The notes beneath the pieces were generated by a model. That model was not told the DNA's origin and did not search any database. It was given only the letters and a program-made list of their open reading frames with translations. A program made the position numbers and the translations under genes. Positions 1 to 12,300 of a stretch of DNA of 64,000 nt are shown here, in pieces. The DNA lies in contig NOWV01000010.1 of assembly GCA_003344405.1 (NCBI GenBank), positions 496,001-560,000 of the forward strand, given 5' to 3'. How positions within the stretch are numbered: position 1 is the first letter of the stretch; each line of letters opens with the position of its first letter. This stretch comes from Trichoplax sp. H2. Taxonomy: Eukaryota.

Positions 1-867
1 TCTGACTCTTTGACGTAACCGTATCAGTCATAGTGATTTAATTAATGTTTTAAGTAGGTAGACAGATGCATTCGAATAAAAAGCTTAATATTTTATTGCG
101 CGGATGAGACAGCAATAATAATAAATAATATAATCAATTCATCATTTTAGTTATCGTCGATTGTTCTATTTTCACTAAATTGTTAACTGTTGTGTCGCTA
201 GCCCTGGCTGGAGTACCGTAATAACAAGTTATTTTTTAACTCTTTTCCAATAATATGATACCAATATAGTAGCATTTTAATCCTGTCAATGCGCTATTAA
301 TCATATCCTATCAACATCATTTTAAACAATTTCTTCAATTAATTCTAAATTACTATACTACTACTAGATAGTTAAAAAATATTTTTAATATAGCTTTTGC
401 ATTGATTCTCCATAATGGAAAATGAATTGAAGATCCTATGGCTGTCATGTAATATACGTTATCGAGGATAGATTAAAAAAAAGTGAATAGAGATTGGCTG
501 AAAAATGAATTCTTTGATGAAAAGTATTTTTCCACTAATTGACTGTACATCGATTATTGATGTCTGCAAAATTTTAACTTAGCTGTTAATAGTGTCGGTT
601 GATAACGATCGAGGTTAAGATAGTCAATATTTCAACATAGATATTAAAGTCTATGCTTCATCATTGAAGTTTGTATTAGCTCAACATTTAATAATTGCAT
701 TGTTAATAAAGGTTGGAATATTGATTATTTTAATAATATCATCTCATTTAACTATCAATAGAATAAAATAGTGCTAAAAGAATAGACAACACTGCAAGAA
801 TCTATAGTAAATTCCATTGTTTTCATCGACAATAAACCTAACACAAACACAAGCTTATCACCAGCCG

Positions 868-898
868 TGACTCAAAGTCTATATAAGCAGATGACATC
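868..898 (+). promoter_or_regulatory. Candidate core promoter of the TGF-beta-family gene (AP-1 site, TATA box, CRE-like site)
   Basis: TGACTCA at 868-874, TATATAAG at 880-887 and ATGACATC at 891-898 are clustered ~560 bp upstream of the ATG at 1451. Motif matches only. Confidence 0.4.
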
Positions 899-1450
899 GT
901 GCTAATTAGCTCAACTTGCAAGTTTACACAGCATTGGATGAAGTCATTGCTTGATTTAGTCAGTCTTACACTATCAAGAACTTCCATTACAAGCCACTAC
1001 CTAGAAGATAATTCTCATCGTACAGGCAAGGCAAACATTTTATAACTAATACTACTTCCTCAACATAGCCCCATTCCATTAAATCGATTTGGCCCATTTT
1101 CCACGCTCATCTTGAAGACTTTTCCTTCTACTTTCATCTCAGCTATCATTTTTTTCTCCCTTGATCGTTTTTATCCAATTTGAAAAAGTACTGAATTAGA
1201 AAATCGTCTTCATAATCTAAGTTTTTTTTCCTTTGGTTACTTCCTCCTCAAATCTTCAAATTTGTGCGTGTGTGTTAGTGCGCGCTTGTTGCATCCAAAT
1301 TCCTTTTTATTTCTATACCTAAACTTGTTGACAACACCTTACTAAGCATTTCAAAAGATATAAACTATCCCGTCAAATAGCGTTTTTTCTCCTGCTTTTA
1401 TATAAGTCTATTCATATTGGTTGACTCTTGATCCCTTTGATTTCGTGCCG

Positions 1451-4400
1451 ATGATGGTAGAAAAAATGCCTTTTACCGCTTATGTTGTCTTAGCCATGAC
1501 GATAGTCTGGGCTACCACCTGTAACCATGTTGCCTTGTCGGCTTCGGTCAGAAATAATATACCTAAAGCTGGCGACAAGAACGCTCTTGGTGGTAAACTT
1601 GCAAATATGCCATTATTTCGTACATTGGATACTGATAACAGTGAAACTACCACAGATCAAAAAGATAAAACTGATGCAAAGGACGATGACAGCCTCCTTT
1701 CAGATCTTAGCAAAATCAATGTAACGCAATTTCGTATCGATAGAATTAAAGCTAAGATTCTACGTAAAATACGCTTAACGGAACCTCCCAAAGTTGGTGA
1801 CGACTTACGTGATCGGGTAGTACCGAAACAAATTTTTAATTTAAACTATCAAGTTGAAGAGTCTCGTCACGATCCTGAAAATATGGATGAAACTGAATTC
1901 TACGGCAAAACAACTCAATTATTCGTTTTTGGTGAACACGGTAAGCCAAAAAATGATTTACGAGCATTTTTATACGCGTTACTTTCATTACTTATAGCTT
2001 CTCTCGCTGTTTTATCTCTAAATGCTGCAAATTGAGAAAATTAGCACAACATCACTTACGTCTATAGATGCGAGTATGTATATGTCATACAGTACGTACA
2101 GTAGATAAAGTTATAAATGTTGCCCTTGACATTTAATACCATACGCATACGTACACATATAGGTTATAATGCTAATTTCAACCTAAACACTTTGCATACC
2201 AACGTACATGGGCAATATATGGAATAATTAAATTAAAAAATGGAATACTGTAGACATTTTATAGCATCTATTATTGTATTTCAACTTCGATAGAGATATG
2301 GATAACCATCAAATATTAAATCAATTTCATAAAGCTTCCTTTTTTACTTTCTGATTATTTTTTTCCGTATCTAATTACCGATTAATCTCTTGCGTTGAAA
2401 CGATTACCGATTCAAAGTGACAACTAATAAGATTAATATTGAAATAGATAGTTCAATGCCGTGCCCAATCATTTTAACCTTATGAATAATCTATTATTGA
2501 TTCATAACATTTTAAATTAGTAAAACAATACACCACTGTTGTCTGTTTTTGTCTTCTGATAGGCTACAATCGAAATATTTATATGACGATAATTACGTTA
2601 TAGTTAAGTAGTTTCAAGAAAGGGAGGATATTAAAACAAAGGTTATTACTGTAATATAAGATTAAAACTATGTAGATCTTAACTTTTACTAACAAAATAC
2701 GTCTTAAAATAATGAAATCGATTTCATATGTTAAATTAATAGTCATGCACTAGTAGAGTTAACAGTTTGGAATGAGTTTCGATCAATTTTCTATTTACCT
2801 TCCATTGTGGCATTCATATACAGGAAAAGGAACAATTTCATTGATTTTTTACAGTACTTTTAGATAGCGGAAAGTAAAAAAATTACGCATGCAAGTTTTT
2901 TTGTTTTCGCAACGTTAGCCACAATATGGAGATTACAACTCAGAGGAGATGGCGCCAGTGGTTGTTACTGTTTTTTTAATTTTCAACATGTCAATACCAC
3001 ATCCTATTTTTTTATGCAATACCTAACTAGCAAGTATAATTGTTATTAATCCAACTTAACCCTTTTCATTCAATCTATACAATTTCGCCATTTAAAGTTA
3101 GCGATTAGTACTGTTTCCACTAGCTGAATTGATATTTTCAGCGTCGTAGCACGGACATCATATTCATATACGGATTCCTTACTTTATCCTTCGTTGTTGT
3201 CCTTTCCTCACTTCATAGTTATTAATGATCATCATCAATTAATAGTATTAGAGTCAGGTCGTAAGTTATTAAAATTAAAATGATTTCTTAGCATCACTGA
3301 AGCATTGATGTTCATTGACTTCTTTGTTTCACCTTCTCCTACTGATATCTCGATCACATTTCGAGTTACAGCTACGATAGTTGTGTTTCAATGTGAAGTT
3401 ATTTGAATCGTGTTACACGAGTTAGTTTGTACTTCTAGGCAAGAATAATATTTTAATCTTGAGATAACTTTATTCCATGATACTAATATCATGATTGTAT
3501 AGGGTACCAGCTCACATGTCTAAAGATAATCCGATTAAATGGTTTATTTATCAAGTTGAAATAGTTTACTGTAAATGCCGACTGAATTTTTTATGACATC
3601 TTTTAACGTATACGGAGAATGAAACAATTCTTTTAATTGACAGTCAGGACAAATAAGTTAATCAATTAGACATTTTCACCCTCGTGCTATGGAATTCCTG
3701 ATTTTTCCCCACCGATAATGACTTTTAAGAATCCTTCCAATCATTAATCCGTTCTTTTATGCTAATAGACGTTTTATAATCTGACTATACAGTAAATTTT
3801 AATCAAATAACACCTATGATCTTTTTCCCACGTATAATATTTTGTATTGGTTGAGGCAACAAGTAAAACTTTATGTTAATATTTGTTATCAATTTAGTGT
3901 ATTGAATTTTTTGTAATTGACACCGTTGGCATGTTTTTTAGATGAATACTTCTTTAATTTATCAAATTAACGACGTTATTATAATAGAATCAATGTAAGC
4001 GAGCCTCTATTACTCGCCCTCTCCGCTGGAGATGGCGAACAGTGACAGTCTATCTCTTTTTTTTGCTTTTGTCATCATAATAGTCATTAAACAAAACAAC
4101 AACAACAACAAATATGATGAAATTAAATGATGCAAATTTGGATCCAAATGGCATAAAAAAATGAATTAAATGCTTTAATTAAGTTAAACTCGATGTGATA
4201 TTGGTAGTTTAAGGTTCTAAGTTGAATAATTAACATTCCATACCACACCACATGTTGTTCTAATGTTCTATAGTTAAATCTTGATTACGCTGTTATTAAT
4301 CAAAACATTATTCGAGTGGCACCACCAAATTAGCGGTACTAAAAGGTTAAGATGGCGCACGACTATTGCATCTGATCTACTTACTGTAATGGAACTTCCT

Positions 4401-5810
4401 TATTCTATTCTTCATTTTCATACTAGCATATTACCCACATTTCTCTTTATTATAAGAGCATACAGAGCGGAATCAAAAGAGTTTCACCTTAAAAAAATAA
4501 CTTGTTGAATACAGTTCGCAAATAGGATACTAGTAGAGCATACTTTAGTACTTATTTCTTTATTACACAGATAGCCATAGCAAGTTCTAAGCTAAACAGA
4601 TTAAGTGAAATTCTTCTTTATGCTATCTTTATTTTTATTTTTTTGAATCGGAGTAGATAAAATTCATTAGTCAATAGTTTGATAAAGTATAATGAGGCCA
4701 GTGGCGCCTTAACTTAATTGACAGACAATTTAATTCATAGTTGATACTTCACTTCATTATCCCTCATCCTTTTAAATACTAAATTGCTATTTAGAATCAT
4801 TCTAAAAAATTTTTGACGTCATAAACTACGACAAACGATGACTTATTTTGACTACATATAATTATTTCAATTATGCAATGAAAATATGTTTAAAAATGAT
4901 ATTTTGCGCTATAACAAATTTAACTGGAACATTCGTTATTGTAAAATACTAATTAAATCTAAACAACATTGGCTTAAGAGCTGCTATTTTTACCTTTAGA
5001 CTAAATTTTTCTTGCTTTCTATTTATCTATTGATATCCTTTAGTAACAAAACACTGCAAGAAACATGCCTGTTTCGATTTTATATTCTCTCATCATCTCA
5101 TGGAAAAGTTTATCTATTCAGCGGAATTATGGTTCTATCCAGTAACCAGCGAGAGCGAATTATTGAAGGTCTACCGTAATGATGCGAATGGTAAAACTTT
5201 TATCACATCCCGCTATTCCAATATCTCAAGATATAACGATGGATGGATTAACATCGATGTAACGTCAGTAGTTAAAAATTGGTTAAATGGTAATGAAGGT
5301 CTGTTAAATAGTATCAAGATTTCCTGCAAAACATGCAAAGACAAGGAAATCCCCTTTATTGGCACTACTGGTGCATTAAAACCGTTTTTATCTATTAACA
5401 CAGCTAAGCCAAAATCAAATCCAAAATCGGGAATAGAGAATTTCTTTAAAAGCAGTAGCTTTAAAAGCAATAACTTTAAAAGCAGTCCAGTAAATGCATG
5501 TCGTAAACAATCAACTCATTGCTGCGTCGAAGAATTCTATATTAACTTTAAAGAAATTGGTTGGTCAGATTGGATTATATCACCTCAAGGCTATACTGCT
5601 AATTATTGTCGTGGCACATGTTTTGGTATGGATAGTTTTGGCTATCGGTTGAAAATTTTACAAAAGCTGTCAGAAGAAGATAATTCGCTCATTCCTTGCT
5701 GTTCACCCGGCAAAATGTCCTCGTTAACCATCATTTATCAAGATAGTAACGGCTATTTACACTCCGTTATTTTACCGAATATGAGAGTAGAACAGTGTCA
5801 ATGTTTCTAG
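1451..5810 (+). CDS. TGF-beta superfamily ligand, activin/myostatin/TGF-beta-type (9-Cys), 2 exons, ~418 aa
   Basis: Exon 1 is 1451-1940 (hydrophobic signal peptide MMVEKMPFTAYVVLAMTIVWATTC; prodomain helix RIDRIKAKILRKIRLTEPP; donor G|GTAAG). Exon 2 is 5044-5810 (TTTAG acceptor, phase 1, in frame). Mature domain: C..CC..F.EIGW.DWIISP.GY.ANYC.G.C..PCCSP.KMS...LPNM.VEQCQC. The extra N-terminal Cys pair is typical of the activin/TGF-beta/GDF8 branch. Confidence 0.93.
5445..5489 (+). repeat. Coding 15-bp tandem repeat x3 (FKSSS FKSNN FKSSP)
   Basis: tttaaaagcagtagc / tttaaaagcaataac / tttaaaagcagtcca, immediately before the mature domain. Confidence 0.85.
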
Positions 5811-8800
5811 CCTATATCTTCAATCACTAATATAATGAACCTGGAAATTAGGATACACCATTAAATTTCTAATGTAATTTTTCTTTGATTTTTCCTTCTG
5901 ACCTAAGTTTAATACAAATATCCGTTCTTGCAATTATGTCCATAGTAGAATTAAAAAAAATAGCTAATTCTACGAAAGAGCAAGACGAGAAATCGAAATG
6001 GTGAGTACAGCCTAAACATTTATACAACGATATCAAATTTAGTTATGCAGTGGAATATAATATAGCTGCGATAAAGAAGAATAATAAGAGAGAGGGCGAG
6101 AGAGAAAAAAAGAGGAAAGAAAGACAAAAGAGAGATAAAGGAGAATAGTTATTGCCGTCTCTGCAGTGAAAATTTTATTCTCCATCGGTAGATCTTAATC
6201 GCCATCAAGATATCCGATTACCCATATTTAATCACGTTAGTATATAAATGGTTAATAGGATTGCTATTTGAAGGAAATCTCTAAATGACTCCATATTTTA
6301 CAAGATAACTCTACGAGTTAATAATAATTTGCACAACATTATGCTATGATAAATCAACACGCAACAAATTCTGCTGACAAAAGTAAATTTGTTTTCCTGG
6401 TTATATTTTAAACCTTCAATTATAACATAAGAAAAGAACACTAATAACAACTGCAATAGTGATATGTAACCGGTACATAATCAAGGCATTATTTTACTTC
6501 ACTAGAAGATATGGAGAGAAGCTATAATAAATGTTGTATTCCGTACTAATTTTAACCGTCGGTATCTTGGTATGATATGATATTGTTGTTTTTTCATCAT
6601 CCATCAATTTCAAGCTATGACGTCAAGAGCAAATATTGTAACCCGGTTAATCATGCCAATTCATGTTTAACGTTATATTCATTATTTTTAAAAAATAATT
6701 TCTTTTATTTGTTTCTAATTAAGGTTAAAAAGTCTTTCAACATCTTCAGTATGTTTTCTCATGATTGCCAAGTATCTACAATTCATGTTATCTTTTAAAA
6801 AGAAATCATGTTTGTTTCCTTCTGTCATGGAATAGATTGGAAGATGTTGATAAATAAGTTAGTTAATCAATCTTCAATTAACGGTGTTAATTAATTAATT
6901 AATTACGGTAATTAATTAATTCATTCTATTATTATCAAGCTGAATGCTGGCATGCCATGAAAGTTGTTGAATTTGTTTCAATTATTTTTCCGCCTGCATA
7001 CTGCTTAACACCTAGTTAGCAACATTCTAGATTATAAGTTGCATAACTGTTTCTGAATTTTGGATTCATTTCGGTTCTATGTATTCTAATTATTCTTAAT
7101 AATTAATATTAAAAGGTATTCTTAAGTTTCAGCATGATCGATAATGATTAATATCTTTGACGTGAAAATGATAGAATTGCTATTTGGCAATTTTTCATCA
7201 ATACAATGCAATTTAAAAGCTATTACCTTATTTAAATAACATTTGAATCAATTCTGCCATGCTACATGTTAAGAAATTATAAATTTGAAAATTCGCCATC
7301 TTATCATGTTATCATGTCCTAATATTTGCTCATCCATAGATCTTGCATGAATGAAAGCATTGTTATTCGCCATTTTCTACAAGTGAAAACTATTCTTGAA
7401 ATTGATTTAACTTTCTGCCTTCATTTCTATTTGATTCCACTGATAATAATTATAATCTAATTGCAATATTATAACCGGTATTAATAATCTATTATAGCAA
7501 TGATTGCTGTTATTCCTTTCATAGAGGAAGATTGTAAACAATAAGATGATAAGTTTGAATTATTTCTTTCTCGCCAGGCGTACATTTATATCATACAGGG
7601 TAATGCTGGTTTTACCTTTAGGTGATTACTAATCATAACCATTTACTAACTTTATTCGCTATACTACACTCGTATTTAGAACTGCTACCGTAAAGCTTTT
7701 TTGTTTTATTCTTGTCTACTTATAGTGATATTTAAAGAGTTATTACATTTATCTCATACTATCGCTATTGTATCAATTTTATTCAGTGGTCTTTATTTGA
7801 TCAAAACACTTGAGTATTGACATGGCTCGCCATTATGATGGCCGCAACAGAATATATTCCTTCTTTAGCATGTACTCATTCACTTTTATTTGATATCATG
7901 CCTATGTAAGTTTAGCATTACTTCCGATAAGTGAAAAAGTTTACTATTGTAAGCAATTCAAGAAACTTGTAATATGTCCGTGTTGATTATTATGGTTTGA
8001 ATAGTATTCTAAGCTATAAGCTGTTTAATATCATAGCTGTGCTAATTTATCAATAATTACATGGCCTTGATTTACTATTATCACTATAACCGCTACATAA
8101 ATGTACTTTATTAATTTTTTTACCTCTCTCATTACCATTCCTGTGCCTTTTCTGATTTCATTACATCCTATAATTGGATTCATCTGATCTGATACTGATC
8201 ACTATTATGATAATATCAAATTATTTGATAACATTTTTAATTGATAATTGTATTTACATGATGATATCGAATCGGTTAATGCCAATAATAGTTCCAATAA
8301 AGGTTTCCCATCTAATGGAAGATTGTATTAAAAAACCTTTGTCTTACAGTAATATGTGTATAATCCTTTCAAAGCAATTCGGGTAGCAATTCTTACGGTT
8401 GATACGTTATCATCGTCTCAAAATCAAGTTAAATAAATTATATTATGGTAGTAACTGATTTAAATTAAAAATTCATTTATTATATTAATGTTTAAAATTT
8501 ATATTTTAAAAAGCATCAATTAGAAACTACCGCTAATGCTACTTATTTTCCTTTTCAGAAATCTTAGTAGTGGATAAAATTGCAGATAGTCATGATAATC
8601 AGGGACTATCAAATATTATACGTTGTTTGATAACTTCAACCGAAAAACGCCTTATTTATATGCATGACTACATTCATAATGCGTTTAGTACTTGGGTATA
8701 ATGACTAAACAGTTAATTTAGCACCCAAATTTTTTAGCAATTTACACGCCTACATATGAAAGAATATATCATTTACAATAAAATATGGATAAATGGATGC

Positions 8801-9331
8801 TATTGATAAGTTTTTCGTTTGGTTAAACTTCGCATAAAATCTTGAATACGATGTAGATCTACTGTTCACGGTGTAAATAACTACGACATGAAAAGTGCAC
8901 GGTTTCCAATTACATCCCAAAATTAATTAAATTATTAACAATAGAGTGTTAACTCCCAACTTAATTACAGAAGTTATGACATCACTGCGATAATTAGCAA
9001 ATGATGCGCGATATGTTCGAATAATAGCTATATATCTTGTATAAGAATCATTTATACAGCAATATACCGGATTACATAGAGAGTAATTTGGTAAGGCAAA
9101 AATATAAATGTGCGAACTATACACCAATCTATGCAAAATACTGCTGATTGATATGGTTACTAACGCTTTTCACATAATTTACATGGGTGATGCTATAAAA
9201 TATCGAAATTAATTGCATTACAATTAAATACCAAAAAAGTTACTCTGAACATTTATGCTCGATTAATAATTATTATAATATACAGTAAAGATATGACTAC
9301 AGCAAGTATTGTTGCGCTGTCTATCCAATTA

Positions 9332-12300
9332 CTAATCATCCCAGGTCCTCATATCTGTATCAATTGACGTACAATTATATGCTGCATAGAGCAGCTTTTC
9401 CTCGGCTACCTTGGGACTGTAAAGTGACATAGTGTTAGATAATTTTTCACTAGTATTTCAAGAAGTAGGAGTTACATTTCAATGATTATGAGACTTTTGC
9501 ACTAGTAATGAAAGAAAATCTAAGTAAAATATACCTAGTATATTCCGGAAGAAAAAGAGTACTAGAACAAGTTGCTGATTCAGGCAAAGAGTCTTCAGCG
9601 GCTCCACTAGATATGATTGTAAGGTATAAACATTAGGTAGGCTAAAGTTTAACAGTAAAAGCTGTATAGCTTCAAAAGTTAGATTTTACCTTCTACTCGG
9701 GCAAATAAAAAGAGGAGCAGGCAAACGCCTCCTACCAGTGACAAATCTTAACAATCTGCTTCTATCTTCTACAATCATAACGATATATTGGCTTGTATAA
9801 TTGTAGATGTCTATAAATTCAAGTTAACTAGAGTAAGTTTAATAAAACTCGTACCATTCGAAAAATTCTCTAGTGCCTTCCAGAAATACTTCACTCTCGA
9901 ATCATCGACTTCAATGTCTTCATAGCGAGCTAAACATTAAGTCATTTAAACCTCAATTATAAGCATTAATACAAAATTTTTTTGCTGCAGTTATTAACTT
10001 AGGATATTTGCAAATAACCGATATTCTTCAACTCTTGAACAGTTATTTCTGGATTTCCACAAATTCTTTTTTCCAGTTCTTGCCAAGTAAGTATATGTAA
10101 TACTGCTTTTGGTATCACCCTCAATAACCCTTTTTTTATACTTCGAATCTGTGACATGCAATAGGTGCAAGTTAGATAAGTATCTCAATGTATAGCTTTT
10201 TACTCGATGATATTGTACTTAGGATGTTGATCTACACCTGGTCATCAACTTCATGAAGTCTAGCTTCGCGAACAAGCTGAACGTAATGCAGTCTGTCTTC
10301 ATATAGCACTGAAGTCTCTGATCCATTAGATTTTAAATCAACTGCTGATCCGTCACTAAGGTTCTTCGATAAATGCAAGAAATAAAAATTGTAAAAATAT
10401 GAAATATGAAAACTTAAAAATACAAATATAGAAGTACATACTGTAGAATACGTTAAGGCATCAGCGTAATCATTGTTAAACCTTTCTTCACTCATTGATT
10501 CCAAAGCAACCAAGAGTCTGACTATAGCTTCGTCAACTGTAGAATAATCTTCCCAGGTAACGACTTCTCCGGTTAATTTTTTCCATATAAATGATGGCAG
10601 TGATAATACTAAACACTCACGACTACGAAAACACGCGCCCATAAGTTGTCCAATCCATTCATATTTGGTAAATTCTTTGCAGGCAGGGTTAGGAATATAG
10701 CCATCACGATGAATATTAGCTGCATCGTGCGCCTTAGCGTACGTATAACGATTACGAAATGAATTAGTACGAATCTTGATCTAGGCTTCATGAGACTTTT
10801 GATTACCTGATTACAACTACGGATGAAAAATGGTAAAGGTATTTGAACATCTTCAGCACTTGGACATAATTCTTCGGCGATATCAGCAAGAGAATCACGA
10901 AAGCCTCCACCTTTAAATAAATTATAAGATTTAGAGCTGCAATCGCGTACAATTTAGTTGCATAATTGTGATAGATGTACTGCTAATTTGAAAAATATTA
11001 AATGAAAGACGTCAAAAGTTTTCCTGACCTTGATCGATGATACCTTCAGATACAAATTTACATTCCCACCATTGTTCGTATTGTATAGACCATCTGACAG
11101 GTATTAATAGTGCTTATTAATTAATTCATGATATAAGAGATCTAATTTATGACTTGCACATTAATCAATATGCTAACCGATAATCTAATCGAAATCTACA
11201 ATTTTCTGGCCTTAGTTCGTTATATAGCTGAAATTGAAAATAGTTAGTAAATAAATAAGAGAGTACGTACAGGATAGAGTGCAAATAAGAAACCTGGTTA
11301 AAAAGAGCATTTTCCGCGGTAGGATCGCGGGATGTATCACTTTTGTGCTCGGAAGCTAATCGTCGGTCGAGATAAACTTTGGGAATTGGTTCAGGAACGC
11401 ATCTACAACGGAAAAATTACTATTACTATAGTACATCTTCAGCATGCTAATTAGGTCAAGGAAAGCAGGAAAGTGTGCTGTATAATCAAATGATAGTTAC
11501 TTAGTTTGGGAATCTCTGAGTAATCTTTCAATTAAAGCTAGCCTCCGTTTCGATAGCTGTAATATTTGTCTAACAGCCTATTTACAAGGAAACATCATGA
11601 GAATTTACAAACTAATTTGAAATACATTTACAGTATCGCAAATATGACTATACCTTAAAGTTACAAATATTCGTACACTCTTCTGACCAATCTGGAATTA
11701 CCAGATTAATTACACTGTCAAATAGCTCGTTAAATCTATATAACAAACAAATCCAGCGAATAAATGTCATTTTACTATCCACATGTTTGCATGGCTTTAT
11801 CATAAACTATAAATGCTCTTGGCTATGTTTACGAAATTAACTGTAAAATTTTAATACCTTAAAATTGCTATTGAGCGATAATATAATGCTTCTGGATTAA
11901 AATTTGCCAAAAGTGGAAATCTGTAGATAATCCAAGATCAATTTCAATATTATACAGCTTTAGTCGATAGAAAATTTCTCTAACATACCTCTCTATCTTT
12001 TTGTTTTTGAGTAAGTCAATCGTTAAACTACTGGATATATCGGAAGAAGTTATGATCTTAATACCATGAATTCTGGTATCAATCCCTTCATCTAGATCGA
12101 ATGAAAAGTATTAGCATATAATGTCAATATAATCATGTACTGCACAATTTCTAAATATACCTTTGCATTCTTTAATTCGTATTTCTATTTCTGGTAAGTA
12201 TTCGGCCATATCTTGCAAAATTGTAACATCTGACATTTTGGTGCTATGTAATATAGTAAGTAAAACCACATTAATCTGTATCAAAATATCGAGTAAACTG

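Noticed and set aside
1421-1450. TTG start of ORF 1421-2035 and its hydrophobic C-terminal tail
   Set aside because: In a eukaryote the ATG at 1451 is the likely start. The tail after 1940 is intron read-through past a GTAAG donor.
2945-4360. CTCF sites (AGATGGCGC/AGAGGGCG resemble the CTCF core)
   Set aside because: The upstream CCAC/CCAG half of the consensus is missing, and CTCF is considered bilaterian-restricted, whereas this genome looks non-bilaterian.
6893-6921. 14-bp-arm palindrome aattaattaattac-g-gtaattaattaatt
   Set aside because: It is built from self-complementary (TTAA)n microsatellite, so the symmetry is trivial.
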